A stretch of DNA of 64,000 nucleotides, taken from the sequence record MK568540.2; one strand, given 5' to 3'. The notes under the pieces were generated by a model. It was given only the letters and a program-made list of their open reading frames with translations, was not told the DNA's origin and did not search any database. The first letter of the stretch is position 1. Each line of letters starts with the position of its first letter. A program made the position numbers and the translations under genes. Below, piece after piece: positions 1-9,032 of the stretch.

Positions 1-23
1 AACACAATGAGAGTCAACATTTT

Positions 24-254
24 ATGAAAGCAAATTTCAATATTCTCGCAATTGATAAATGGGAACAGGTTGTTGTCATTGATTGGGGTGATGATTGCGT
101 GTATAAGCACGTATTACCGCGTGAAATAGTCGAACACGAATTACCACTTGAGTCAGTTATTCATATTCTTGAAGACTTACGACCTCAAGCACCTGAAATC
201 AAATCATTAAAATCACTGAATGCTTTAATGCAAAAGAACGAAAAGGGGAGCTAA
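24..254 (+). CDS. hypothetical protein
   Basis: 76-aa ORF with upstream GAG SD-like, ends in a terminator hairpin. Confidence 0.6.
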   Translation: MKANFNILAIDKWEQVVVIDWGDDCVYKHVLPREIVEHELPLESVIHILEDLRPQAPEIKSLKSLNALMQKNEKGS

Positions 255-269
255 TCGCTCCCTTTTTTT
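242..269. terminator. bidirectional intrinsic terminator
   Basis: aaaaggggagc-taatc-gctccctttttt between convergent genes; near-copy at 56461. Confidence 0.8.
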
Positions 270-774
270 ATTCATACGTTACTTCAAATTCAAATTCAAA
301 ACCGCTTGGCATATGATCTGGTTCGATTTCATATACATCTTCATCTTCAGATTCAAAATCAATGATTACCAGCTTTCGATCTGACGCATACAGAACTTGC
401 ACATCAACGTATTCATCATTAACCCATGCTTTGATAAATTCACCTGATTGAAAGGGAACTTTAACTCGCGTGTTTTTAGTAGTTTCGTATTCGAACGTAA
501 GCGTGTTTTTATCAACAATGCACTCACGACCACCCCACTCAGTTAGATAATGTGAGACTTCTGCTCCTGTAGTAGTAAGACCGTCAACTACAGACAATGC
601 ATGACCTGTATCTGTCGAGACAAACGTGGCTGAATTTAAAGTTGAGTCACTATGAACTTTAATCATATTTTCGTCTACACGACCTGATTCAAAAACGATT
701 GAAACTTTATCATTTACACGTAGTGGGCGAGTTTTAGTGACTACTTTCTTTTCGTTAGTAAATTTGTAAAACAT
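268..774 (-). CDS. hypothetical protein
   Basis: 168-aa ORF, GGAGA SD, downstream of early promoter cassette. Confidence 0.75.
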   Translation of the reverse strand: MFYKFTNEKKVVTKTRPLRVNDKVSIVFESGRVDENMIKVHSDSTLNSATFVSTDTGHALSVVDGLTTTGAEVSHYLTEWGGRECIVDKNTLTFEYETTKNTRVKVPFQSGEFIKAWVNDEYVDVQVLYASDRKLVIIDFESEDEDVYEIEPDHMPSGFEFEFEVTYE

Positions 775-802
775 AATATAATCTCCAATTATTAAAATGT
801 AA

Positions 803-854
803 TCTCGTTTCGATGTAGTAATAATAGGGTTTTATTGATTATCATGCAACCACT
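803..854 (-). promoter_or_regulatory. early sigma70-type promoter cassette
   Basis: TTGCAT(844-849)-17 bp-TATTAT(821-826), then CTACATCGAAACGAGA leader. Confidence 0.8.
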
Positions 855-860
855 AAAACG

Positions 861-887
861 AAAAAAGCCCCAATTAAGGGGCTTTTT
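861..887 (-). terminator. intrinsic terminator
   Basis: aaaaaagcccc-aattaa-ggggcttttt hairpin after the 903..1622 gene. Confidence 0.8.
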
Positions 888-902
888 GTGATTCAAGTCA
901 CA

Positions 903-1622
903 TTATTTGTTGATTTCAACTTCTAACTTGAGCATTTCACACTGTAGAACTAGACCTTTGACTTCATCATAATGCTTGGTTGTTAGTGGTTCACCAGCAT
1001 CGACTACGCTCATTAGTTTCACCTTAGCTCGATTACAGTCTTTAACTGAACCACGTAGGTCACGAACAAGCTCAGGTGATAGAAGCACATCGTCATTAAT
1101 CACTACAGACTCTTCAATTACTTTTTCAGCTTTGATTTCTTTCTTGCTGAATTCTTGTTCTTCGATTACGACGCGATCTTTGATTTCTTCGGCTTCTTCT
1201 TTCGCAAGTTTGATTTGCATTGCAATTCGAGCGCGGTCAGATTTATTACATTGCTCAACCAACGGGATGCCGTACTTCAGTTTCCATTGATTGCTCAACG
1301 TGTAGTCTCGTTCGAGCATACCATGCTCACGCTCTGCTGCAATTACAGAGTCAATGACATCACAGAACGGTACTTCAGCATCTGAACGAGGCGTTGGATC
1401 TTGACCGAAATGTACTCGATTCTTAACGATTTCAACGTACACGTTATCATAACGACTTAGAAAACTCGGCGCAGCAAACACGTTCAGCATGTCTTTTTCA
1501 GTTTGAGATAGCACGGGTTTTGCCGCGTCTAAACGATCTGTTGATGCAGTGTCAATAGTGTCAGTACAACCAGTCATTACCACTGATGCTGCTAGTGCTG
1601 CGATTGCGATTAGTTTTTTCAT
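903..1622 (-). CDS. lipoprotein, paralog of 7160..7861
   Basis: signal peptide with lipobox VMTG-C; shares PFCDVI, SNQW, EQCN, DCNRAK, KLEVE motifs with 7160..7861. Confidence 0.7.
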   Translation of the reverse strand: MKKLIAIAALAASVVMTGCTDTIDTASTDRLDAAKPVLSQTEKDMLNVFAAPSFLSRYDNVYVEIVKNRVHFGQDPTPRSDAEVPFCDVIDSVIAAEREHGMLERDYTLSNQWKLKYGIPLVEQCNKSDRARIAMQIKLAKEEAEEIKDRVVIEEQEFSKKEIKAEKVIEESVVINDDVLLSPELVRDLRGSVKDCNRAKVKLMSVVDAGEPLTTKHYDEVKGLVLQCEMLKLEVEINK

Positions 1623-1633
1623 GATGTTCTCTC

Positions 1634-1894
1634 TTATTTGTCAAATTTGATGTAGAAGTATTGTGTGTTATTGTTCCCTGTTGGTACGCAAGTCAAGTAC
1701 GGTTGCATGCCTTCGGGGCACTGAGCAAAAAATTCAGGGTTAAGACGTTGAATAACGTACCAGAATTCACTGCGTTTTTCTTCCCACTCTGCTAATGCTT
1801 TCTTTCTGAATTTCATTGGCTTTTGGTGAAGCACTACATATGCGCGGCGATGTAGCCAATGATTTTTAATGTGAAGAGTTACTTCATCTTTCAT
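1634..1894 (-). CDS. hypothetical protein
   Basis: 86-aa ORF with GAGAGAAC SD. Confidence 0.65.
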   Translation of the reverse strand: MKDEVTLHIKNHWLHRRAYVVLHQKPMKFRKKALAEWEEKRSEFWYVIQRLNPEFFAQCPEGMQPYLTCVPTGNNNTQYFYIKFDK

Positions 1895-1915
1895 GATATT
1901 GTTCTCTCGTTAGTT

Positions 1916-1954
1916 GTTGAGTGACATATTACAGCCACTCAACGTTGTTGTCAA
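1916..1954 (-). promoter_or_regulatory. sigma70 promoter with inverted repeat around -10
   Basis: TTGACA(1949-54)-17-TAATAT(1926-31); GTTGAGTG/CACTCAAC arms; near-copy at 51398. Confidence 0.75.
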
Positions 1955-1958
1955 CTAT

Positions 1959-3188
1959 TTAGTTGAAATTAATTACTTGACCGTCGTCTACATCACGTAG
2001 CACATCGTATTCTTCGATGAATTGAGCCATTTTACAGTTCTTATCACCGACTGTGAAACTGCTTTGTTCATTCATATATTCAACGGCAGCAAGATAATCT
2101 TGATATTCTTGGTCATCTTCGTCATACCAATCGCTGAACTTCTCGTGCAGATCTTCGCGGCGTAGAGTCAGGCGAGTTGTACGCTCGACTTTGAGTTGAA
2201 CTGATTCTTCAAAATACCAATCTGGTTGTAGATCTTCGATGATGTCTGCCATTTTACGAAGACGTTCAGCGTCTGCACACATGTCGTGACATTGACCAGA
2301 AGTCATAGCAGGCATAAATTCAAGGTTATTCGCCAAGAAGAAGCGAGACGTCCATTTACCACCGATATATGCTTCAGCAATCTTTTGACCGAAATCGTTT
2401 TCTTTCATGTCAACAATCGGGTGAGTTTCAGTCAACCATTCCGAGCGTTCGAACTGCGTATCAAATTTAACCATGTCAACTTGCAGTTCGATTAAACTAT
2501 CAATGATTTCTTTCTTCTCTTCTTCTGTTTTCGTATCGTCTTTTTCAAGTTCAATACGCGCACGTTCGATTTGAAGTCTACCACGAGCTGAAATCATTTC
2601 AAGATTAGATGTAGATTTTGAATATTTCGCTACAAATTCGTCAACTTCTTCTGTAAACGTGTATGTCTTCGCGTCTTCACCCCAACCCGTAGTATACGTA
2701 CCATCGAGAATCATTTGCTGATAAATCTCTTCGTGAATTGCCATTTTCGCAATCAGACTAACGCCGTGACACGTTTTCACACGCAACGCACCGCTATGTT
2801 CCATGTCTTGAAGTTGATTCATATCTTCGATTTCATCAATTTCCATGTAATCGTGATATTCGTTGTAGTCGTCAAGCGACTTCCCTTCTGGAACACGATT
2901 CGGCATATAAATGTTGTTAATCGCCTTGAGCGTCAACGATTCCATATCAGCGTCTTCGAATTCGTAATTGTTGTAATCAGCATACTTAGCTAGAAGCGGG
3001 TAACCAATGACTTTAAACGTATCCCACGGGTAACACTTACTTCCCATTAGAACATTGCTGTAGAGCGATTTCGAGCGCAAGTTGTAATGTTGATCAAACG
3101 TGTCCATGACTAAGAAGAACACACGCGCTTTCTGACCTTCTAGAATAGGTGTACGTGAGATTGCGCAAGTTGTGTTGAATGAACCCAT
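1959..3188 (-). CDS. hypothetical phage protein (MGSFNTTCAIS N-terminus)
   Basis: 409-aa ORF, GGAG SD; no function recognised. Confidence 0.75.
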   Translation of the reverse strand: MGSFNTTCAISRTPILEGQKARVFFLVMDTFDQHYNLRSKSLYSNVLMGSKCYPWDTFKVIGYPLLAKYADYNNYEFEDADMESLTLKAINNIYMPNRVPEGKSLDDYNEYHDYMEIDEIEDMNQLQDMEHSGALRVKTCHGVSLIAKMAIHEEIYQQMILDGTYTTGWGEDAKTYTFTEEVDEFVAKYSKSTSNLEMISARGRLQIERARIELEKDDTKTEEEKKEIIDSLIELQVDMVKFDTQFERSEWLTETHPIVDMKENDFGQKIAEAYIGGKWTSRFFLANNLEFMPAMTSGQCHDMCADAERLRKMADIIEDLQPDWYFEESVQLKVERTTRLTLRREDLHEKFSDWYDEDDQEYQDYLAAVEYMNEQSSFTVGDKNCKMAQFIEEYDVLRDVDDGQVINFN

Positions 3189-3240
3189 TATTTTGTCTCC
3201 ATTTGAGCGATTTTAAGTTGATGTAAGTATTCTAATTGAA

Positions 3241-3567
3241 TTAAGCGAAGTGTGCAAGCACCTTTTTACCAAATTCGTTAGATTCTTCAAGAGAAGCAGC
3301 ACCTGCACTCATTGTTAAGAATTGATCTGTCATTGTTTGCATAAGAATAATGCGGTCGAAATCAGCAACTGTCGCTTCAGCGATAATAGCTGGCTTACCA
3401 GTCACGATAGTTGAAATTAGATTGAATCGACGAGCGACATCTGAACCTTCCATAGCATAAGAACCGTTACGAAACTTATATTGACCTTGATTTGTTTCGC
3501 GCTCGAAGTTGAAACCTTCAACAACTTTAGTTTTTTGAGCTTTAGTCATGTTAGTAGTTAGTTGCAT
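3241..3567 (-). CDS. hypothetical protein
   Basis: 108-aa ORF directly after promoter cassette, AGAGAACATTATG leader. Confidence 0.75.
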   Translation of the reverse strand: MQLTTNMTKAQKTKVVEGFNFERETNQGQYKFRNGSYAMEGSDVARRFNLISTIVTGKPAIIAEATVADFDRIILMQTMTDQFLTMSAGAASLEESNEFGKKVLAHFA

Positions 3568-3590
3568 AATGTTCTCTCTTTGTTTTCGTA

Positions 3591-3640
3591 TCTCGTTTCG
3601 ATGTAGATATAATACAAAAAAAGGGTTGCCGAAGCAACCC
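3591..3640 (-). promoter_or_regulatory. fused terminator/early promoter cassette
   Basis: TTGCTT(3632-37)-17-TATTAT(3609-14); -35 lies in hairpin gggttgc-ttcg-gcaaccc followed by T7. Confidence 0.85.
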
Positions 3641-3674
3641 TAAATTTACGATTTTTAGTGATCAATGTCACGTT

Positions 3675-5168
3675 TTACGCTGTTCGAATCTTCTTGGCGA
3701 TTTTCCATTCACCTTCGTTGATAAAATCAGCTTGCACGTCAGACAGTTTACGAGCTTCTTCAAGTGAGAAGTCAGCAACTGTTACACCGTTTTCGAAGAT
3801 TGTCTGCATCACGCTCTGAGGGTGTACGCGATTGTCGTAATCTTCAGTAGAGAACGTCACGTAACCACGAGCTGCTGGGTTCGGATTTTCTGCATCGACT
3901 GCAATCAAATCTAAGAAACCTGCTTTTGATGCTTTTGTTGGGTCAGTCTTCGGCATTTTGAACACACTAACGTATTCGCCGTTGATGATCGCCGCTGACA
4001 TTTTCATTGCAAAACGTTGAGTATCACGGTCAAGTTGCTGAAGCAAACCACCACCCATACCGAATGCAATGTTTTCTGCCGACCAACCTTTACTTTCCAT
4101 GTAAGATAGAATTCGACGAATTTCTTCGATGTTCACGCCGTCGCCTTGAATGATACGGTAACTAGGGTGTAGAACTTTGTAACCCTTGCTGTTGATTGTG
4201 TAACCAACGTTCTTAGCAAGAATTTCAAGACCTTTCATTACTACATCTACAGGTACACCAGAGTCAGGACGAGCAACAAACGTACCGCCTTTACTGATGA
4301 TTAACTCTTTGAAACGACCAGTCGAGACACGATTCATTGCTGCTTCGTAGTCGTAGCTGTCCATTACACAAGCGTATAGAGCTGCGCCCCATTGCTCGAT
4401 AGAGTTCAAGAATGCTTGATCTTCGCCAAATTCTTTGTAGATTGTAGTTGTTGAGTGTTCACGTGCAGGGATAGAGAATCCCGCAATGAAGTCTTCAACA
4501 TCTTCAGCGTAAAGTTCTTCAACTGCAACAAGTGCTTCTACATTGTCAGTTCCCAAGAAGTTTTTCAAGTGAGCTGCGCCGCCAATAGCTGCTGATTCGC
4601 CACTTGACACACCACGAGAACCGAAGTCGTGAAGTTTAAACGGCTCTTGTTCTGCAATGCGTTCATCATCAACCGTTTTCTTCATGAATTCACGAATGAT
4701 TTTCTTCACTTCGAACGAGATCGTTGCTACAGTTGTCGGGTACCAAATCGCACGTAAGATAAACGTTTCAAGATAACCAGGTAGCCAACCGAAACGTGGA
4801 TCTGTGTTCTCAATCGTCAAGATAGGGTGCTTAACTGGTACTACAGTACCTTCTTTTACCGCACGAATCTTAATAGGCAGTTTGCCGTTCAGTTCGTTAA
4901 CGATGATTTCCCAACCCTTGTCATTGAAGACTTCAGAACCGAAGTGCTTTTTGAACAGACGTTTCGCACGCTTGACATCGTTCATTACAACACCTTTTTC
5001 GAGAATACGACACATGTATGCCATACCATCGATCATAATTTTGTCGAACTTGCCGCCCCGGCTTTCAACGTAATATTGACTGTACTCTAAACCACGAGGG
5101 AATTGAGACCAGTGTGAAACTTTGTAGCTGTCTGTTGCGATTGCGATATTTTGATTAAGATTAAGCAT
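3675..5168 (-). CDS. nadV: nicotinamide phosphoribosyltransferase (Nampt)
   Basis: TDSYKVSH, LHDFGSRG, PAREHS, RPDSG, IIQGDG, FGMGGGLLQ motifs; 497 aa. Confidence 0.95.
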   Translation of the reverse strand: MLNLNQNIAIATDSYKVSHWSQFPRGLEYSQYYVESRGGKFDKIMIDGMAYMCRILEKGVVMNDVKRAKRLFKKHFGSEVFNDKGWEIIVNELNGKLPIKIRAVKEGTVVPVKHPILTIENTDPRFGWLPGYLETFILRAIWYPTTVATISFEVKKIIREFMKKTVDDERIAEQEPFKLHDFGSRGVSSGESAAIGGAAHLKNFLGTDNVEALVAVEELYAEDVEDFIAGFSIPAREHSTTTIYKEFGEDQAFLNSIEQWGAALYACVMDSYDYEAAMNRVSTGRFKELIISKGGTFVARPDSGVPVDVVMKGLEILAKNVGYTINSKGYKVLHPSYRIIQGDGVNIEEIRRILSYMESKGWSAENIAFGMGGGLLQQLDRDTQRFAMKMSAAIINGEYVSVFKMPKTDPTKASKAGFLDLIAVDAENPNPAARGYVTFSTEDYDNRVHPQSVMQTIFENGVTVADFSLEEARKLSDVQADFINEGEWKIAKKIRTA

Positions 5169-5225
5169 TGTATGGCTCCCATTTTATGCTGTTAAAGTTT
5201 CTCGAATGTTCGAGTGTAAGTGCCA

Positions 5226-5729
5226 TTAAAAACGAGCTTTAAATGACATAGTTACGACTGGCACCCAGATATCAGAACCCATCAACAACCCAAGCTCTGC
5301 ACCTAAGTTATCAGTAGCCCAATAAGTAACTGATGGCTGAATCGCAGGTAGAATACCGAGATCATAAACTTCAGTATAACCAGTCGCTAGACCAAGAAAT
5401 AAATCATAGTCAATTTCTTTACTTGGTGTGTATGTGAAGTGATAACCTGCAACAAAACTACGCTCATAGAAGCTGTTTTCTAAAGTCATAACTTCCCAAT
5501 TTTTATATCTAACACCAATTGCATTGTTTGTTTCATTGTACTCTTTAAAAACAGACGTTTTACATTTATCTGCTAAATCAGGACAATATCCGTCACCTGA
5601 AAGGTGGTAAGACCATCCACCTAATCGAACCTGAACATCGTCAATGAACGTAGTCTGTTCGTTAGTAGATGCATTTGCGCTTGCAACGCTAGATAAAAGC
5701 AATAGTGATAGTGCAGTAAGTTTTTTCAT
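5226..5729 (-). CDS. outer-membrane beta-barrel protein, PagP-like
   Basis: signal peptide (ASA), WSYHLS, YNETNNAIG, NSFYERS, C-terminal Phe beta-signal (MSFKARF). Confidence 0.55.
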   Translation of the reverse strand: MKKLTALSLLLLSSVASANASTNEQTTFIDDVQVRLGGWSYHLSGDGYCPDLADKCKTSVFKEYNETNNAIGVRYKNWEVMTLENSFYERSFVAGYHFTYTPSKEIDYDLFLGLATGYTEVYDLGILPAIQPSVTYWATDNLGAELGLLMGSDIWVPVVTMSFKARF

Positions 5730-5792
5730 AATGTCTTCCTCTTATTGAATGAATACATTATATTATTCTTTTTCTCACATTGCAAGCTTTTT

Positions 5793-6326
5793 TTAATAAT
5801 ATTCGATGTTAATTTTAGCCGAAGACCCTACCGCAGTCGATAAGAAACTCTTCCATTGTGATTCATTGTTAGATGTCAACTCGTAAAAACGCTTTGACGG
5901 CGAGCGATGACTGAATATAAACACAGTACCACTTTCAGTTGTAACTCGTAGTGTTGATTGTGTCAGATCAGAAGACAATGCAATGAACGATTCAGTCGAT
6001 ATTTGGTCTTCGCTATATGCTATGTCAGTTACACTTCTACCACCAATAGTAGTAGGAGTCAACGAACCTGCGTTTTCGAAGTTCGGACTATTTTTCGCAT
6101 AACCCCAACCAGAAGAACGAGGTTCACCAAAACGATATAACAACCCTCGAACTATAGTATGCGAGAATGCAGATTTACCTCTAAGATCTCCCATTGATAT
6201 CGACCCGCTAGGTCTCTCTGCTAGGTCGCGCACATCTGCATCACCTAGCGAGATAGCCCCGCTAGGTCTGTCCAACTCGATTCGAACATCATTAAGTGAT
6301 ATTGGACCAGTTGATGGTAATCCCAT
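5793..6326 (-). CDS. late, probable virion/tail-associated protein
   Basis: N-terminal PSTGPISL...SGSISMGDLRGKS domain typical of phage virion proteins; TATAAATA promoter upstream. Confidence 0.5.
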   Translation of the reverse strand: MGLPSTGPISLNDVRIELDRPSGAISLGDADVRDLAERPSGSISMGDLRGKSAFSHTIVRGLLYRFGEPRSSGWGYAKNSPNFENAGSLTPTTIGGRSVTDIAYSEDQISTESFIALSSDLTQSTLRVTTESGTVFIFSHRSPSKRFYELTSNNESQWKSFLSTAVGSSAKINIEYY

Positions 6327-6353
6327 TATGTTATTCCTTTCATGTTAAAATCG

Positions 6354-6361
6354 TATTTATA
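6354..6361 (-). promoter_or_regulatory. T4-type late promoter
   Basis: exact TATAAATA on minus strand 28 bp upstream of 6326 start. Confidence 0.75.
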
Positions 6362-6366
6362 CATGA

Positions 6367-7152
6367 TTAACCGTTTTCACGAATGTATTTTACAAGCTTG
6401 GCGTAGTCTTGTGGTTTAAACATTCTAGGGAATTGATGTGACAACACTTCAGCTTCTTTGTACTGTTCTGCTGTTACAATCTGTGATTTTGCAATTCTCT
6501 GCGGATGCTTACTATTAGACAATGCATAACAGTAATCATCATCGAACGGATCATCACCTATAATATAATACTTTTCGTCCATGTAATAAACATGTTCTAC
6601 GTCAGAATTTTGCTGACTTGTTACAATATGCGATTTTGCAATCGCTGCTTCTCGTTCAGCTTCGACAATTGCTTCTTCAAGCTCAAGATCGGTAATGCCA
6701 TGATGAGTGTTGTTAATAGGTTCAGTTCGACCTTCTTCAAACCCCTCAGACGGTGAAAATACATCAATGGCTTGTAACTCGCACAATGCTTTATCTACGT
6801 CTGTTGCGTCAATGTACTGAGCGTTTAACGAAGATAGATCAGGGCGCCATGACTTACACGAATCAAGCTCGCCGAGATAGTGTGATTGACATCGACCAAC
6901 TTCACCACTTTCAGTTTTATATTCGACTGGTAGATTGCTAATTGACGGTTGATTGAATGCATAATCACGCCAGTGAAATTCACGAATAACCCATGACGGT
7001 AGTACTGAGTTCTTCAAGATATTTTCGTTCATAACTTCAGGACATTGACGCCATTCACGAACTGAACTTTCATCATTCGCTGAATTTGCCACTCGGTCGA
7101 ATGGGTGCATTTTGATCTTTAGATCTTCAATTGCGATATTCGTTCTTAACAT
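6367..7152 (-). CDS. hypothetical protein
   Basis: 261-aa ORF in minus-strand run. Confidence 0.7.
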   Translation of the reverse strand: MLRTNIAIEDLKIKMHPFDRVANSANDESSVREWRQCPEVMNENILKNSVLPSWVIREFHWRDYAFNQPSISNLPVEYKTESGEVGRCQSHYLGELDSCKSWRPDLSSLNAQYIDATDVDKALCELQAIDVFSPSEGFEEGRTEPINNTHHGITDLELEEAIVEAEREAAIAKSHIVTSQQNSDVEHVYYMDEKYYIIGDDPFDDDYCYALSNSKHPQRIAKSQIVTAEQYKEAEVLSHQFPRMFKPQDYAKLVKYIRENG

Positions 7153-7159
7153 GTTTTTC

Positions 7160-7861
7160 TCACTTATTCAATTCAACTTCAAGTTTATGCATTTTGCATT
7201 CGATTATCAACTTACGCGCTTCAGACCCGTCAGCTTGTGTTAATGGTTTACCTGCTTGCGTTAGCTCAAGTAACTTTGTTTTAGCTCGATTGCAGTCGCG
7301 TGCAGATTCAATGAGATAGTCATACTCATGCGGGTCTAACAGCTCGATTGTCGCGTCTTGAACATCATCCATATTGTTGATATTACCAGACAATGCGTTT
7401 TGTTCACGCTGATTTAACTCAGCTTGCATTTCAAGTTTTTCAACGCGCTGTGCTTTCTCTTCTAGAGATTCAGGAGCATCGTAATTACATTGCTCACTCA
7501 AACTAATACCATACTGCGTTCGCCACTGGTTACTCATCGTGCGTTCGTATGTACTGCGAATGTCGTCTTCGGCTTCGACAAGTGATGCAATCACATCACA
7601 GAAAGGGATTTCATCGTCTGAACGTCGCACTGCATTAGAACCGTATTTGTTACGAGTGGCAAGAGCAGTCCACAATGGGTTATACAAATAGTTACTAGCG
7701 TCAGCATCTGCCAGCCAGTAGTTGATCATTTCACGCTCTTTTTTATTCACAACTGCATTTACCGTAGTGAATTTTTTACCAGTCTTGGTTTCAAGTTGTG
7801 GTCTTTCACCACAACCTGCCAGTACTGCGACTGTAACTGCCACGAGAATTGATTTCTTCAC
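7160..7861 (-). CDS. lipoprotein, paralog of 903..1622
   Basis: GTG start, AGGAG SD, lipobox LAG-C, shared Cys motifs. Confidence 0.7.
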   Translation of the reverse strand: MKKSILVAVTVAVLAGCGERPQLETKTGKKFTTVNAVVNKKEREMINYWLADADASNYLYNPLWTALATRNKYGSNAVRRSDDEIPFCDVIASLVEAEDDIRSTYERTMSNQWRTQYGISLSEQCNYDAPESLEEKAQRVEKLEMQAELNQREQNALSGNINNMDDVQDATIELLDPHEYDYLIESARDCNRAKTKLLELTQAGKPLTQADGSEARKLIIECKMHKLEVELNK

Positions 7862-7862
7862 T

Positions 7863-7911
7863 CTAATACTCCTAATATCTCTAACTTCACTAAAACCACT
7901 AATACTACTAA
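7863..7911. repeat. 9-bp-period array (CTAA x6)
   Basis: CTAA at 7863, 7872, 7881, 7890, 7899, 7908. Confidence 0.75.
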
Positions 7912-7932
7912 GATGAGACGGAATTTTTCCGC

Positions 7933-8361
7933 CTAATCGGTTTCTGTCGCTTCGCTCTTCTCGATTAGATTACCTTCTAAGTCAACTTCACCATAGATAA
8001 AGTCGTTTTTGAATGTTTCCAAATCATAGAATGCTTCGTGATGTTCGCACAAATCAAACCCTTCATAGCTATTCAGCTTGCGAGTACTAATAGAGCTTCG
8101 AATCAATTCAAGGCTGCTGTTCTTTAAAATCTTGCTAATCAAATTCTCGTTGTACTCTGAGATATCTCGACCATAATCGTACTCATCGAATACGACTCTA
8201 ACTTGTCGGCGATCATGCTTGTCTACTAGAATAACTGCACGACACTTGATCGTTCCTTTAAATGTAAATGAACTAGACACATCGAATGATTTCTGTTCTG
8301 TGTAAGCTGCTACTTTCCATTCACGGTCTGGGAATATTTTTTTGAAAAGTTTCTTTAACAT
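7933..8361 (-). CDS. hypothetical protein (similar to 11218..11568)
   Basis: 142 aa, GAGG SD; WKV...KCR motif shared. Confidence 0.7.
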   Translation of the reverse strand: MLKKLFKKIFPDREWKVAAYTEQKSFDVSSSFTFKGTIKCRAVILVDKHDRRQVRVVFDEYDYGRDISEYNENLISKILKNSSLELIRSSISTRKLNSYEGFDLCEHHEAFYDLETFKNDFIYGEVDLEGNLIEKSEATETD

Positions 8362-8370
8362 GTTGACCTC

Positions 8371-8619
8371 TTATAGAACGATGCGAGTGTGACGACCGTC
8401 GAATTCAGCTTGCAAACCTGCATGGCGAAGAAGAGATTCTAAGTCTGCTAGATTTGGGACAGTGTACTTGCCAGAATCACGTAAGTATGTTGCGTAATCT
8501 GAAATGAAGTTATCGCTACCTGCTTTCATTGCATACTCAAGAACGAAGTTTGTGAACTCGTCTGCTGCTTTCTCGTTCTCGTCCCACCACATTAGAAGTT
8601 TGCGAAGATTGATTTTCAT
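8371..8619 (-). CDS. hypothetical protein
   Basis: 82 aa, AGAGAACATTATG leader. Confidence 0.7.
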   Translation of the reverse strand: MKINLRKLLMWWDENEKAADEFTNFVLEYAMKAGSDNFISDYATYLRDSGKYTVPNLADLESLLRHAGLQAEFDGRHTRIVL

Positions 8620-8660
8620 AATGTTCTCTCTTTTTGTTTAACTCGTTAGCTGTTGTGACT

Positions 8661-8699
8661 ATAATAATAAAAGTGGCTGCATAGCGCAACCACTTTTTT
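8661..8699 (-). promoter_or_regulatory. fused terminator/early promoter
   Basis: TTGCGC(8684-89)-17-TATTAT(8661-66) within aagtggtgc/gcaccactt-type hairpin. Confidence 0.75.
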
Positions 8700-8702
8700 C
8701 AA

Positions 8703-9032
8703 TTAATTTAAAATAACGTACATCGTTACCAAACTAGCTGCATGTAAGAACTGGTCAAAGCCAATGACTTGGAAGAACTTACGAGTTTCACCTTTCGCCC
8801 AAAGTGAGCTTGTCATTCTCGAAGTCGCATAGTCAACGACCATGTGCAACATACCAGTTAATATTGCAAACACGATACCGAATGGCAAGAAGCAGATTGC
8901 ATACGTGATACAGTGTCTTGCTAATGGCCACATGTTTTTGCTTTTGTTTAACGCTTGATGTTCTGTCTGTACGAAGAAATCAGCAATGAAATGCACTGCG
9001 AACAGTGCAAGTAAAGTTGTTAATGAGATCAT
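8703..9032 (-). CDS. DUF3307-like membrane protein
   Basis: HFIADF..Q, H...Y, H..VDY, GFDQFLH motifs; hydrophobic. Confidence 0.75.
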   Translation of the reverse strand: MISLTTLLALFAVHFIADFFVQTEHQALNKSKNMWPLARHCITYAICFLPFGIVFAILTGMLHMVVDYATSRMTSSLWAKGETRKFFQVIGFDQFLHAASLVTMYVILN

